DNA from: Eledone cirrhosa
Lineage: Eukaryota
Direction of reading: 5' to 3'
DNA: 64,000 nt
Assembly (NCBI GenBank): GCA_964016885.1
Contig: OZ024745.1
Location: 50,592,001 to 50,656,000, forward strand
Made by a program: the position numbers and the translations under genes. Of the stretch, positions 26,546 through 42,247 are shown one piece after another. The notes beneath the pieces were generated by a model. That model did not search any database, had not been told where the DNA came from, and saw only the letters and a list, made by a program, of their open reading frames with translations. How positions within the stretch are numbered: the first letter of the stretch is position 1; the number at the start of each line of letters is the position of its first letter.

Positions 26546-27142
26546 TACAACCTGTCTCATGGTCGGGTCGTTGGCGACTAAACTGGCAACCCCACCAAGG
26601 TTTCTTGGTGAGGAGGGTGACTTTGGACATCCTGCAGGACTAAAAAACAAAACCTGTCAAAGGGCAAAGGAGCTCTTAAGAGTCAATGGCCATCCAAAAT
26701 CACCGGGAGAGATGACCCCTTAGCCTTTGTCAAGGCAGAATTCTAGGAGAAGGAAAACTCTGATATAACACCTGCAACCCTGATGGTATCCAATGATGTT
26801 GACTTGTTCTTCTTTTTGGTAAATATCATCTTGGTTAAGAGAGTGGGACTGGCTTTGTGCAGTGCCTTTGCTCACTATAAAAGCTTCACGGCACAGGCAT
26901 TGCTTTATATCTGGAGATCTCTCTGCACTTGTCCTCACATGGGCCCAGCACTATGTGTCAATGGTTGTCCTACCATGGGCCCAGCACTATGTGTCAATGG
27001 TTGTCACAGGTGTAGTGTTTGTACCAGAGGTTTCAAGTCGCTGGCTGGACTAAAAAGTCACACTCGTTCAGCGCTTCGGTAGGGGTTATCCTACATGGAT
27101 GTAAAGTAGTGGCCGTACTCGAAAACGAGTTGGCAGCCACCA
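26543..27142 (+). mobile_element. ~600-bp bipartite non-autonomous RTE-derived retroelement (also 30205-30814, 51748-52339, 53524-54123; diverged 52912-53372)
   Basis: High identity among copies; RTE-like 5' UTR motif ctaggagaaggaaaactctga; 3' remnant [17 protein letters not shown] zinc finger; microsatellite tail, (TATG)n in most copies. Confidence 0.75.
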
Positions 27143-27144
27143 TG

Positions 27145-27178
<34 letters not shown>

Positions 27179-27288
27179 TGTATGTATGTATGTATGTATG
27201 TATGTATGTATGTATGTATGTATGTATGTATGTATGTATGTATGTATGTATATGTATGTATGTATGTATGTATATGTATGTATGTATG

Positions 27289-27323
<35 letters not shown>

Positions 27324-28364
27324 GTATATATGTATATATATGTATATATATATATATATGTATATATGTATATATGTGTATATATATATATGTGTGTATG
27401 TATGTATATGTATATGTATATGTGTATGTATGTATATGTATATATATATATATATGTATGTATGTATATGTATATATGTATATATGTGTATATATGTATA
27501 TATGTATATATGTGTATATATATATATATATGTGTATATGTATATATATATATATATATGTGTATATATATGTGTGTATATGTGTATATGTATGTATATG
27601 TGTATATATGTATATGTATGTGTATATATATATATGTATATGTATGTGTATATGTATGTATATATATATATATGTATGTATGTATATATATATATATGTA
27701 TGTATATGTATATATGTATATATGTGTATATGTGTTTATATGTATGTATATATGTTTATATATATGTATATATATATATATGTATATATATATATGTATG
27801 TATATATGTGTATATGTGTGTATATGTGTATGTATATGTATGTGTGTATATATGTATATGTGTGTATATGTGTATGTGTATGTATGTGTGTATATATATG
27901 TATATGTGTATATATGTGTATGTATGTATATGTATATATATATGTATATGTGTATGTGTATGTATGTATATGTATATGTATATATGTATATATATATATG
28001 TATATATATATGTATATATGTATATATATATGTGTATATATGTATATATATGTATATGTATATATATGTGTATATGTATGTATGTATATGTATGTATGTA
28101 TGTATATGTATATATATATGTATATATGTATGTATATATATATGTATATATGTATGTATATATATATGTATATATGTATGTATATGTATATATGTATGTA
28201 TATGTATGTATATATGTATATATGTATGTATATGTATGTATATATGTATGTATGTATATGTATGTATGTATGTATGTATATGTATATGTATATGTATGTA
28301 TATATATATATGTATATATGTATGTATGTATATGTATATATATATGTATGTATATATATATATG

Positions 28365-28397
<33 letters not shown>

Positions 28398-28494
28398 GTA
28401 TGTATATATATATATGTATATATGTATGTATATATATATATGTATATATGTATGTATATATATATATGTATATATGTATGTATATATATATATG

Positions 28495-28527
<33 letters not shown>

Positions 28528-28584
28528 GTATGTATATATATATATGTATATATGTATGTATATGTATATATGTATATGTATGTA

Positions 28585-28617
<33 letters not shown>

Positions 28618-28626
28618 ATGTATATG

Positions 28627-28661
<35 letters not shown>

Positions 28662-28672
28662 GTATGTATATG

Positions 28673-28705
<33 letters not shown>

Positions 28706-28836
28706 GTATGTATGTATGTATATATATATATATGTATGTATGTATATATATGTATGTATGTATATGTATATATGTATGTATGTATATGTATGTATGTATG
28801 TATATGTATGTATGTATGTATGTATGTATATGTATG

Positions 28837-28894
<58 letters not shown>

Positions 28895-28895
28895 T

Positions 28896-28929
<34 letters not shown>

Positions 28930-28933
28930 GTAT

Positions 28934-28967
<34 letters not shown>

Positions 28968-29026
28968 GTATGTATATATATATATGTATGTATATATATA
29001 TATGTATGTATATGTATATATGTATG

Positions 29027-29059
<33 letters not shown>

Positions 29060-29184
29060 ATATATATATATGTATGTATGTATATATATATATATGTATG
29101 TGTATATGTGTATGTATGTGTATGTATGTATGTATGTATGTATGTATATATATATATATGTATGTATGTATATATATATGTATG

Positions 29185-29216
<32 letters not shown>

Positions 29217-29302
29217 TATATATATATATGTATGTATATATATATATGTATGTATATGTATATATGTATGTATATATATATATGTATGTATGTATATATA
29301 TG

Positions 29303-29334
<32 letters not shown>

Positions 29335-29448
29335 TATGTATGTATATATATATATATGTATGTATATGTATATGTGTATGTATGTATATATATGTATGTA
29401 TGTATATATATATATATGTATGTATGTATATGTATGTATGTATGTATG

Positions 29449-29480
<32 letters not shown>

Positions 29481-29730
29481 TGTATATGTATGTATGTATG
29501 TATATATATATATGTATGTATGTATATATATATATGTATGTATGTATATATATATATATGTATGTATATATATATATGTATGTATGTATATATATATATG
29601 TATGTATGTATATATATATATGTATGTATGTATATATATATATGTATGTATGTATATATATATATGTATGTATGTATATATATATATGTATGTATGTATA
29701 TATATATATGTATATATGTATGTATGTATA

Positions 29731-29763
<33 letters not shown>

Positions 29764-29870
29764 ATATATATATGTATGTATGTATATATATGTATGTATG
29801 TATATGTATATATGTATGTATGTATATATATATATATGTATGTATGTATATATATATATATATATGTATG

Positions 29871-29905
<35 letters not shown>

Positions 29906-30200
29906 GTGTGTATGTATATATATATATATATGTATGTATATGTATGTATGTATATATATATATATATGTATGTATGTATATATATGTATGTATGTATGTA
30001 TATGTATGTATGTATATATATATGTATGTATGTATGTATGTATATATATGTATGTATGTATGTATGTATATATATGTATGTATGTATATATATATATATG
30101 TATGTATGTATGTATATATATGTGTGTATGTATGTGTATATATGTATGTATGTATGTATGTATATATATGTATGTATGTATATATATATATATGTATATA
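27143..30200. repeat. ~3-kb compound (TATG)n/(TA)n/(TG)n microsatellite
   Basis: Only T/A/G on the plus strand; source of the spurious >1000-aa ORFs. Confidence 0.97.
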
Positions 30201-30831
30201 TTGTGTCAGGTCACCAGTTGGTGCTACTGGTAACAACTGTATCCCAGTACAACCTGTCCCATGGTCGGGTCGTTGGCGACTAAACTGGCAACCCCACCAA
30301 GGTTTCTTGGCGAGGAGGGTGACTTTGGACATCCTGCAGGACTAAAAACAAAACCTGTCAAAGGGCAAAGGAGCTCTTTAGAGTCAATGGCCATCCAAAA
30401 TCACTGGGAGAAATGACCCCTTAGCCTTTGTCAAGGCAGAATTCTAGGAGAAGGAAAGCTCTGATATAACACCTGCAACCCTGATGGTATCCAATGATGT
30501 TGACTTGTTCTTCTTTTTGGTAAATATTATCTTGGTTAAGAGAGTGGGACTGGCTTTGTGCAGTGCCTTTGGTCACTATAAAAGCTTCACGGCACAGGCA
30601 TTGCTTTATATCTGGAGATCTCTCTGCACTTGTCGTCACATGGTACCATGGGCCCAGCACTATGTGTCAATAATTGTCACAAGTGTAGTGTTTGTACCAG
30701 AGTTTTCAAGTCGCTGGCTGGACTAAAAAGTCACACTCGTTCAGCGCATCGGTAGGGGTTCTCCTACATGGATATAAAGTAATGGCCGTACTCGAAAACG
30801 AGTTGGCAGCCACCATATATATATATATATG

Positions 30832-31030
<199 letters not shown>

Positions 31031-31031
31031 G

Positions 31032-31137
<106 letters not shown>

Positions 31138-31138
31138 A

Positions 31139-31352
31139 AGGCGTGTGGCAGAGTGGTTAGAGAATTGGATTTACAATCTTGAGGTTGTGAGTTCGATTCC
31201 TGGACGGGCGATGCGTTATGTCCTTGAGCAAGACACTTTATTTCACGTTGCTCCTTCTACCTGGAGTTGCGACCGATAGATAGTAATAGCAATTGGAAAG
31301 ACCAACGGAAACATTGTTTCCTAGGTCCGATTTGACGAAAGTCGATCGATCC
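31139..31352 (+). mobile_element. tRNA-derived SINE (S2)
   Basis: Near-identical to 19201-19418. Confidence 0.9.
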
Positions 31353-31383
<31 letters not shown>

Positions 31384-31440
31384 TGCGTATGTGTGTGTAT
31401 ATATCATATAACACTCGTACATACTATACACAAAATTAAC

Positions 31441-31485
<45 letters not shown>

Positions 31486-31524
31486 CGAAGGAATTGTGGT
31501 AAGGAACCAGATGGACCATAACGC

Positions 31525-31557
<33 letters not shown>

Positions 31558-31668
31558 TATATATGTGTGTTGTGTGTGTGTGTAAAGGGTAAACAGAAAT
31601 AACAACATAATCGATACAGTATATGGAAGAAACATATTAGTTTAACGCTTGAAATAGCAGGAAGAAGG

Positions 31669-31704
31669 TCTTAACATTTCGGACGCTAGTCGTTCATCAG
31701 AAGA
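31669..31704 (-). ncRNA. Minimal hammerhead in PLE-like pLTR remnant (degenerate sister at 39891-39928)
   Basis: Minus strand tctt-CTGATGA-acgac(tagc)gtcc-GAAATGTT-aaga; sister has CTAATGA..GAAACGTT; flanks 31575-31730 and 39800-39960 are homologous. Confidence 0.6.
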
Positions 31705-32769
31705 AAAAAATGAAAATTAGAAAGATTGAATAATTATATATATATATATATATAATTATATATATATATAATTATATATATATATAATTATTGAATAAAG
31801 TGACAAGAGGCTGGAAAGTTAAGAGACCTTTAAAGTTTTCTTAACTCTTGTCACTTTATTCAATGATATTTGACTCCGTTCACGCACTACCAACAAAATC
31901 TTACACCAAAGATGATTGAGTTGCGTCACGTTGTGTGATTTCCCTAATATTGCATCATGGTTAACTATACGCAATGACCATATAACGGAATACTCCTATG
32001 TTTTACCGGCGAAGATTCGAAACCGAATCTGACGTTTCTCGCCTCTGGGACAATCTATCGTTGGAACTTGCCACCATTATCCTGTCAAGACAGCGATGAT
32101 AAACGTACATTCCACTTGACCTGTGACCCCAGCTTGCTGGGAGACAATATCCACATGGCTGATCATAAATCAACCTCATATACACATCCTACTAACTATG
32201 AGGTTATTATAAATACAACGACTTAGGAAACCCAACAGACAGACCCGAAGCAGCAGTCAGCGAGTGATAACGATGTAGGCATCAGTAGACCTTTTACCCT
32301 TTCTCTCTCCTGGTCCTTACTGGTTGACACCTTCTCAGCCACAGACACAGCCAGACAGCCAGCTATGCTTGCCTGACAGATTGACCACTACTACTACAAC
32401 AATAATGTATTCTAAGAATAGGCGCACACACACATAGTAAGTTCATATTGTTTACATTCCACTCTCATTCTATTCTTCCTATCATATTGTATCTGTAAGA
32501 TACAACACAACTTTTTCTATATCGTTTTCTCTGATACATGCATTCACGCTAGCTCGTAGCAGCTAGAAAATTAATGTAGTGATAATTCATGTCATAAATA
32601 TTATTACTCGATGTTCAAAGTGAATATTGTTATTATAAAATAAACGTTATTAACAACTCAATCATGGCATTATTCTTTTCATCAAACTACCATACAAAGA
32701 ATATCAATTATCCGCTACAACCAGTTCTATCCAGTGGTGAACCACCAACTTCAATGAATATATATATAC

Positions 32770-32854
<85 letters not shown>

Positions 32855-32855
32855 T

Positions 32856-32891
<36 letters not shown>

Positions 32892-33728
32892 AAGTGTGAG
32901 TGTGTATGTTTATGTGTGTGTGTACGTGTATGTAAATATATCTGCATATGTATACAGATGATTTCCTTTGCATGTACACACACACACGAACATAGACAAA
33001 CATATATGCATGTGAACAGAGTCAGGCACACACATGCATTGATATGTACCTGATTGTACACAGATGCGTGTGTTCAAAGAAAATTGTACCCTGAATTTGT
33101 TGCTAAGAAATCATTATATTACATAACAGAAAATATTTATACTTCAGTTATTTTCTTACTGGTTCCAGTCGTTGGCTTATGACAATGCTAGGGCATTGCT
33201 TTCATTGTGTGAACCTGGATACATTTTGGTAGTTGAAATTGAATAAATATGCACATGTACATAGACAAGAGGAAACTTGGAAATTTATTTTATTTTATAT
33301 TTATTTTCATTTTCATTTATTTTTCTCTGTCATCTGACCTGTTTTGTGAGGTTAAAAAGTAGCACAAGATGTCCCTGACTAAAGTTTTCTCGCTGTAACT
33401 GTATTCTGGGAAAGATGAGTTATTTTCACACAGATATAACCACCTTATACTTCTCCTTCCCTGCTACCTTACGCCAACATTTCTAATTATCTATTAGATG
33501 TGCTTTTAAACTTAATTCAATCTATTCCTTATAGCACTATTTCTTAAGCGTACTTATGCAATTATTTTTCTGGTTTGCATGAGTTTGTTGTTGGAAAATA
33601 GTTTAACTGATCGAGTGTATTTATTCAAATTTCCGTTCTCTTGTATTTGAACTACGCAAATTGAAAACTATATAAACATACCACTATACACACCCGTATA
33701 TTCAAGTAATGCAAATGCAAATTATTAA

Positions 33729-33863
<135 letters not shown>

Positions 33864-33871
33864 GTATATGT

Positions 33872-33992
<121 letters not shown>

Positions 33993-34011
33993 TACATACA
34001 TATATATATAT

Positions 34012-34056
34012 TTGTGGACCTATATGTTTGTTTGTGTGTTTGCATCTTAACAATTT

Positions 34057-34112
<56 letters not shown>

Positions 34113-34157
34113 AAATTGTTAAGATGCAAACACACAAACAAACATATAGGTCCACAA
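34012..34157. repeat. Perfect palindrome centred on (TA)n
   Basis: ttgtggacctatatgtttg..aatttatca(TA)n tgataaatt..caaacatataggtccacaa. Confidence 0.9.
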
Positions 34158-34467
34158 CTGTGAAATGAATTAATTTAACTCTCAGTATTTTATAATCATC
34201 AATATGTTTTTGCCAACCTTATTATTGCTTATCAATGTTACAATTTACTATATGTTATTTCTTACTTTTTATCGTTTAGTGAAGAGATAAGAATTGGTAG
34301 ACTTGTTAGAACGTCGAATAGAATGCATTGTGGTAATCATTCTAGGTCACTGCGCTCTGAGTTCAAATCCCGCCGAGATCAACTTTGCCTTTCATCTTTT
34401 TGAGGTCGATAAATAAAATATCAATCCCGTAGAGGGCTAGATTCTTCTTCTATATCTCTTTTTTATT

Positions 34468-34547
<80 letters not shown>

Positions 34548-35916
34548 TGGAAGGGATGGGCTCCAACAGGTTTTAATTATCCAAGAAACCGCCGGGTGTT
34601 ACTATGGTACGCCTTTGACTCCGCCTGATGGCCACACACACACACACACACACACACGAGTGAAGGGAAGTATCCTCTACAGTTATAGGCACCTCTGATA
34701 CTGCTGGGTTGGAGGGAGAGGAAGATATCCCCAAACAGGAGACATGATGTAAATACTTACATCAGAGTGAACTCTGTTAAAGTCACCGATGGAGTAGGCG
34801 GTGGTATTGAACTTAGTGACAAAGGCCGTAGCGAGATTTGAACGCAATGAGCTGGAACAAATACTGACGATTTAACGGTTCAGCTAGTCCACCGTCCTAA
34901 ACTAGTACTTTAGTTATCAACCATCGGAACAGTAAAGTTGACCTTGTCGGGTTTTGAACCCAAACCCCAAGGAGCCAGTATAAACACTACAAGGCATTTG
35001 CTTCGATGCTTCAAACGACAAATATCTGAAACACTCATATTCCAAACTTCCAAACAATTATACATTAACAAGCATATTCTTTTCTAACGGATTGTTGTAA
35101 CAACCCTCCCCATTTCGTAGATAAGCTTTTATTTCGAAGGACACTTCACATTTACTGTAGCAATCAACAATTGCTTCTGGGAAGCCAATACATTCATCAA
35201 TGACAAATTAAATGGATGTTGGTGTATCCATAACGAGTAAACGTCGATTAATGTTTCACTATATTCATCGACAAACAAACAAAACTTACAATCAGAAAAT
35301 TAAGAAAATCGCTGGTTAATATGAATGACAAGTAAAAGAAATTTAGAAAGACTGTTGCTATTTTCTCTTATATTAAAATCAAAACCAGATGGTGTTTTTT
35401 CATATTTTGTATCCAGTGAAGAGATCATATGAGTATTATGAACTTAGGTGACATCATATCTACTGTACTAAAGCTGATGTTTCGTTTATTGTGATATGTC
35501 ACGTCTATGACTTATTAGATAGATGAGGCTCTACTCTAGTAATTATTCATTATACTCTGGAGTATCTTATTGCTTATTCTTGACACCTAATAAAATTTGA
35601 CTGCATCACAGTTAAATAAGTAAATATCAAATATGCAGTATACATGCTACTTTCAGCAATGTATCTCGATGAGAAGGCCGGTGCCATGGTATTCAATGCC
35701 CTGGGCCAACTCTACAATGTGTGCCCCCTTTGTTCCTTTAGTTCCATTGGCCACCTTTATATTGTGCATCTCATATAAAATATGATGCGAGACACTCAGA
35801 TTGAAAATGAAAAACTCTATAAAAACATTTCCATCCCATGCTTAATCCTTACTCCGTTTCAGCAAATTTGTAAAAAAATATAAACTCAGTTAAGCATTAT
35901 CAAACATATACATTAT

Positions 35917-36623
35917 AATTGTTTCTACTTTAGGCACAAGGCCAGCAATTACTCAGTTCATTACTGGTACTTTATTTTATCGACCCTGTAAGGATGAAAG
36001 GCAAAGTCAACCACGGCGGGATTTGATACATTATAATACAAGAAAAAGCAATTACTTGTTACAGAAATAAAACAATTTCAATTCATAGCTTATCAGGCTG
36101 TTGAACAGAGTTCTTTGCTCTTCATGCTCTGATGACACTAAGAAGATTTACCAGGCGTGCATTTCCCACAGACCATTTATTTGTACGCTCCTCGAAAGAG
36201 GAAAGATAAAGTAAAGTATCTTCTTTATGATACAATATATAGAGAAAGTGAAATGTGTTTGAGTGACGTTGAAGCACCTCCAAAGATTATTCGTAATACA
36301 AGTGGAAATAAATGGCTTCAACCGGCAACTGGAACTATGCTACACGATTCCTAAATTTCTAATTAAAGAAAAAAATACTCATATATACTTTATCGAAAAA
36401 ATTATCAGTGTAAAGAATTGAAAACAATGAGATATTAATAATTGTTTCTACTTTTGGCACAAGGCCAGCAATTACCCAGTACATTACTGGTACTTTATTT
36501 TATCGACCCCGTAAGGATGAAAGGCAAAGTTAACCTCGGTGGGATTTGAACTCAGAATGGCAAGGGCCGTAACTCTATGCGTCAAAGCATGGCGTCCAAT
36601 CCTCTACCGATACTGCCAATCCA
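35917..36623 (-). mobile_element. Two SINE S1 copies (35917-36025 truncated, TSD atacattataat; 36438-36623)
   Basis: Reverse complement of S1 core and tail. Confidence 0.85.
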
Positions 36624-37175
36624 CAAATAATAAGAGATATTTCACTCAAAATCACAAAATGTACAGAAACAATTCAAATCAAATAAAAAAATTATTTCGC
36701 AACGAAATGATATGTTTTTAACATCTTATTTTCAAATGATAACATATTGTCATTCCAGAACAAACTATAAACCATATGTATTAATTGAATTGTATAATAG
36801 TTGAAAGTAAATCAAAACCAATATTGAAAGCGTTTAGATATTGGTTAGAGTAAGGAGAGGCGTATCAATAAGAATATAAGAGAACGCCCTTTCTCCTCCA
36901 CCCAAAAAAACAAAGCAAAAAAAAAAGCAGGTAAACAGATTATAGTTATCATCTGTGGCTACAATTGTTTTCTGGTGGCTCCAATGAGAATTCTTCCCCA
37001 TATGAAACCATGGTAAGGAGATTTATATATAAGCGAGTGTAGATTTTTGTTGCTTTTTTGTCTATCTTGATTATACTCCCATAATTAGAGTTTTTTCTCA
37101 CTTATAATATTGCTTCTCTGAGAGATTTCTCTCATTGAGATGTTTAAGTATTAGTGACTAATTAACTTTTAATTG

Positions 37176-37453
<278 letters not shown>

Positions 37454-37667
37454 TTGTGTATATATTTGTGTGTATATTTAAATTTACATTTCGTCTTTAC
37501 ATCAACTCATATCTACTGACATAAAATCGTAAATCACCCGGAGATTGTGAAACATATCACATAAATAAACTCTTACTTAGAGCCAAATGATTCTCACGTT
37601 ATACAGACAGTCACCCCCCCCCCACCCCACACACACATTCACACACATTTACACACACACACGCACG

Positions 37668-37748
<81 letters not shown>

Positions 37749-37799
37749 GCGAAAAGTAAGTGGAATCAACAAAGCAAATAATACACTGCAGTGAATGTC

Positions 37800-38262
37800 T
37801 ATGTATATCTTAGTCTTAGATTCTTCCGCGCCGTTCGGCGCATCGATCAATAAGTACTCGTTAACGGTCACGATCAGCGGCAACTTTTTCGAGACCGTGC
37901 CAGGTGACGTTGGCTGCCACCAGGTCCTTCCGGAACGTTCGTCGCCAGGTGATCCTTGGGCAACCCCGCCTCCGTTTACCGCCAGGCGAAGTCCAGTTTC
38001 ATCACTGTTTTCGAATGCCGTTCATTTGGCAGACGCAGAATATGGCCAGCCAGACGACACCGATGCTCCGGGACCACTCTCTGTAGCGTCCACGACTCGG
38101 CTCTCCGCAGGATCTCCTCGTTTCGCACTCGGTCGCGCCGGGACACACGAAGGATCTTTCGCAGGCACCACTGGTGGAAAGCGTTCAGCCGTCTCCCTAT
38201 TTTTGCCGTACTCTTCCAGGTCTCGCTCGCATAAAGCACTGTCAGCAGAACGATGCTCTTGT
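37800..38262 (-). mobile_element. RTE-clade LINE 3' fragment
   Basis: VLYASETW..RRLNAFHQWCLRKILRV..RVRNEEILRR..RLAGHILR. Confidence 0.85.
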
Positions 38263-38514
38263 ACATATATATATAGTAATAATAATAAATTTTAAGACTA
38301 AAATCCAAAGAGGGCTCGATAAGGATAAATATATATCAAATATATAAGAACCGTAGAGCAAATATTTATTAAAATAACAGATTAAAGTTTAAGCAAAGAA
38401 TCGCTGCTTTCACCCTTAACGGGATTTTCTGAAACTAAAAAAATCAATCTGTGAACGCAGAAGTAAATATTTCGAAAAACGTTGCAGCCGAAGGAAGACA
38501 GGAAGACGATACTT

Positions 38515-38810
38515 TGGTTCGTGGAGACGTTCCTTGGCAATGAACGAAAAAAACAAAAAAACGAAGATAATACGTCATTATTTGGAGCGGAGAGAACGTG
38601 ATCGTTACACGCAAAGACAAAACCACGTTTATGGTATAAATGAAGTCGTGGACTAATATTCTATTTAGGTGGTTCGTGGAGATCCCTGGCAATGAACGGA
38701 AAAAAGCGAAGATAATACGTCATTATTTGGAGCGGTGATAACAATTCCACGCAAAGACAAAACCACGTTTATGGTATAAATGAAGTCGTAGACTAAAATT
38801 CTATTTAGGA
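38515..38810. repeat. ~157-bp tandem duplication
   Basis: ggttcgtggaga..ggcaatgaacg..gtcgt(g/a)gactaa..ttctatttagg occurs twice. Confidence 0.8.
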
Positions 38811-39539
38811 AACCGAATGATTCTCGGTTTCAAAGTTAAGAATAATGTAAATAAATTACAGAAGCAAAGAGATATTTAATTTGTTGGTAATTCCACAAAT
38901 ATGTTTATAACAGATTCGAAGCACTCGACAGATTTGGAGTATGTCACTATTTATGAAACAAATTTTGTATTTTATCTGATGAGAGCGTACCAAAGTTTTG
39001 GTACCCTTGAAATCTCAACTATAATAAAGGAAGGTCTGCGGGATTACGTCCAGAATATATATTTTTACCCCGTTTGTAAAATAAGTTGGATTACTTTGAA
39101 TAAATAATGAATGAATATTACATAATTTATGAGCTAAATTTCGTGGCTGTTGATTAAATATATTTTATAGCTTATTTAAAAATCTTTAAAATTCACTTCT
39201 TTAAAATCACTTCCGGTTAGCGGCCGTTATATTATAACACTTATAATCGCATATATTTCCGTCGCTAATTTTCTCCTAATGCAGTTTATATATAATATCG
39301 TCTTTTTTTAAATATATCATGGATTACTGATTACAGAAGACAGTGTTCAATTTCTGTGTATATTGTCAATTACGATTTTATTTGATGTATCATATTTACA
39401 TGCATATATATTTGTGTATAATATCAATATACACACTACACATGCTAGCAGAAAACCACGCGTTTGGTGGTTTTTCTGCTAGTATGTATAATAGAATAAA
39501 TATGGTTTTATAAATATAGCTTCCATTTATTAATATCTT

Positions 39540-39602
<63 letters not shown>

Positions 39603-40024
39603 AATAAATATATATATATATATATTAAAATAACAGATTAAAGTTTAAGCAAAGAATCGCTGCTTTCACCCTTAACGGGATCTTCTGAAACTCTTATATA
39701 TATATATATATATAAAAGTAATTTTAATAAATATATATATATATATATATTTGGATTTCTTAAACTTCCCGACATCCCTCAAGTATATAATTGCTCGCGC
39801 GCGTGTGTAAAAGGTAAACAGAAATAACAAAACAAACGCAATACATCGAAGAAATATATTAGATTAACGTTTGATATAGTAAGAAGAGAGTCTGAACGTT
39901 TCGGGGACACTAGTCCATCATTAGAAGAAAGAGTCAGAAATAGAAGATAAATAGAAAGTAAGGAGTGATAAGAAGAAGGAAAGTGGAAAATTATTGAAAA
40001 AAAGGAGAGGAAAATAAACATCAC

Positions 40025-40125
40025 TCGTGGACATGGTCCCGAGATACTTGAACTTCTCTACCTGCTTCAGTGGAACTCCATTCACATATAGAGTGCACTG
40101 CGCAGGTTTCGTTGCGAGGACTGTT
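40025..40125 (-). mobile_element. RTE RT fragment
   Basis: VNGVPLKQVEKFKYLG, homologous to 915-1208. Confidence 0.7.
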
Positions 40126-41458
40126 TTCAAATGCTCCTGTGGTGTGGGTGTTATTCTAATTGTTTGGTGTCCGTGGTTGTTTTGTAGTTGTTATCGTCTC
40201 TTGTTCTTCGTTTCAAGTCAGCAACATCAGTCTATAAATAGATTGATGTCTACTTTTCGAAGACACATTGGCAGCGAGTGTTGTTGTTGTTATTGCTGCT
40301 TCAGTATTTTGTTTCGGCTAAGTTAACTTTGTAGCCATAACAACGGGGTGGGGGTAGGATGCTGCGTTTGTTTTTGTTTAACCTGTCGTCATTGCTACTA
40401 GTATCTAGTAGCCATGTTGACATCTAACTTCTGCTTTGTAGTGAAAAATTTTGAATTTTTCAGTAAGGCCATTTTGAATTTTTTTCAGGAATTAGGGGAA
40501 GATGAACTTTTGAACGGCCCCCAAGAGATTTTTCCGTGCGAAAAATTGAGTCTTTTTCAGCACTTGCCTGATCCCTTGCCGAAATGAATGATGTTATTTT
40601 GGACCGATCGTGTAAATATGCAAAATTGAACAAAAACTTACACCGAATGAAATATTACTATCATCATATTGCACTACCTTAAGTTTCATGTATTCTGCAC
40701 CACTGTATATGTTCTGCAGTTGAGGCCAAACCTGGACCTTGAAATCTATGGTAGCACAATGCATGTTATGAATCATGATAATAATATTGTCTCATGCATT
40801 AGATATAGCACTTCCACCCACACACAGTACCCGAGAAAATTATGGGGGTTTTAAACATTTTCAATTTAATAATGCCTTGATTAAAACACTCCATCTAATG
40901 ATAATTGAATCCTCAATTTTTCTTGGCCATTCCTTTTTGTCTCTCTGACAATTATATTTCATTTTATATCCATTTTCATCAATTATTATCATTTTCTTTC
41001 ACATTTCAAAAATCACTATCAAACATAATCTACTAAATTATGATGAATTTTTTTATCAATTTACCAGAGGAAAAGAATAGAAGAAGAAAGGGAAAAGTAG
41101 AAAGAAAAGCAAGAAGAAAGTAAGATATCGTGTTAGAAAATGTAAACCAATGAAATTAATGGGGGTGGGGGTGGAGATAACACGTTCGACACAGATTATT
41201 ATCGATAAACTTAGGAAAATTAAGGAAGAGAGGACAAGACAACGAACGAAAACAAGGCAAAACGGAAAACAATTTTTTAAGGGGACCTTAACAAATTATT
41301 GAAAAAAAAAAATGCAAACGAAAGACACAGAACTCCAGGGTCATCGGCCGCTGAGACCCTACCAATGGCTCTGCTGCTCTACCCCGGGGCACAGTGGAAT
41401 AAGCAACGAGAGATAAAACATTAATTTATTGAAATTAAGCTATAACAAGTACACATAG

Positions 41459-41521
<63 letters not shown>

Positions 41522-41636
41522 TTATTCCGCGTTGAATCGGAGGTAACCACAGTAAGTAAGGTACTCAATACATAGCAGCGTATAAAAGTTTTAATATAGA
41601 TGAGATTCTACAGGACTAGAACTGTTTCATTCTTTA

Positions 41637-41685
41637 GATTCCTGATGATTTCTAAAGAATGAAACAGTTCTAGTCCTGTAGAATC
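41637..41685 (+). ncRNA. Type I hammerhead ribozyme, canonical (truncated relatives at 19119-19159 + and 20675-20715 -)
   Basis: gattc-CTGATGA-t-ttc(taaa)gaa-t-GAA-ACAG(ttctagtc)CTGT-A-gaatc; lies inside palindrome 41587-41702. Confidence 0.75.
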
Positions 41686-41698
41686 TCATCTATATTAA

Positions 41699-41747
<49 letters not shown>

Positions 41748-41749
<2 letters not shown>

Positions 41750-42247
41750 GTAAACCCTCGATTAACAGACTAATAGGGAGATAGTGTGACTGTTAATAAA
41801 AAAAAAAGTAACCTAGCAGCCATTTTTATTGATTATATTATAAAAACAAAACTTTAAAACTATGTACACAAGGGTACAATACAATAAGGAACATTTAATT
41901 TTTTACTTTTACTTTTCTTTTGGGCGTGTAGTCGATGACTATTTTGCCTTGACAGCAGTAATAATCCAAGGATGGTGAATTGGCAGAGCTGTTATGGACA
42001 CGGATGAAATGTTATCTTGCATGTTTTCTGGTCCTACCTCCTGTGTTCAAATCCCGCAGAAGTCGATTTGGTGTTTCATCCTTCTGGGACGATAAAATAA
42101 AGTGCTAGTTCAGTAATGGGTTGAATCAACCGACTTTGACCATCACGCAAAGTGCTGCTATTGTACCTGAATTAGAAACCATTAATATTTCGTCCGTTAA
42201 ATCCGAAATCTTTAAAAATCGAGTTCTGTTAATCCGAGAATTTACTG
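41748..42247. mobile_element. Tigger-like MITE with nested diverged SINE
   Basis: TIRs cagtaaaccctcgattaacaga / tctgttaatccgagaatttactg followed by TA; SINE at ~41968-42180. Confidence 0.6.

Noticed and set aside
27019-30345. ORFs of 858-1108 aa
   Set aside because: Translations of TATG/TA microsatellite (MYVCIY repeats) that simply lack stop codons
32000-32640. Possible LTR-retrotransposon remnant
   Set aside because: No diagnostic protein motif or paired LTR that I can support
37795-38295. 166-aa plus-strand ORF
   Set aside because: Antisense shadow of the RTE fragment on the minus strand
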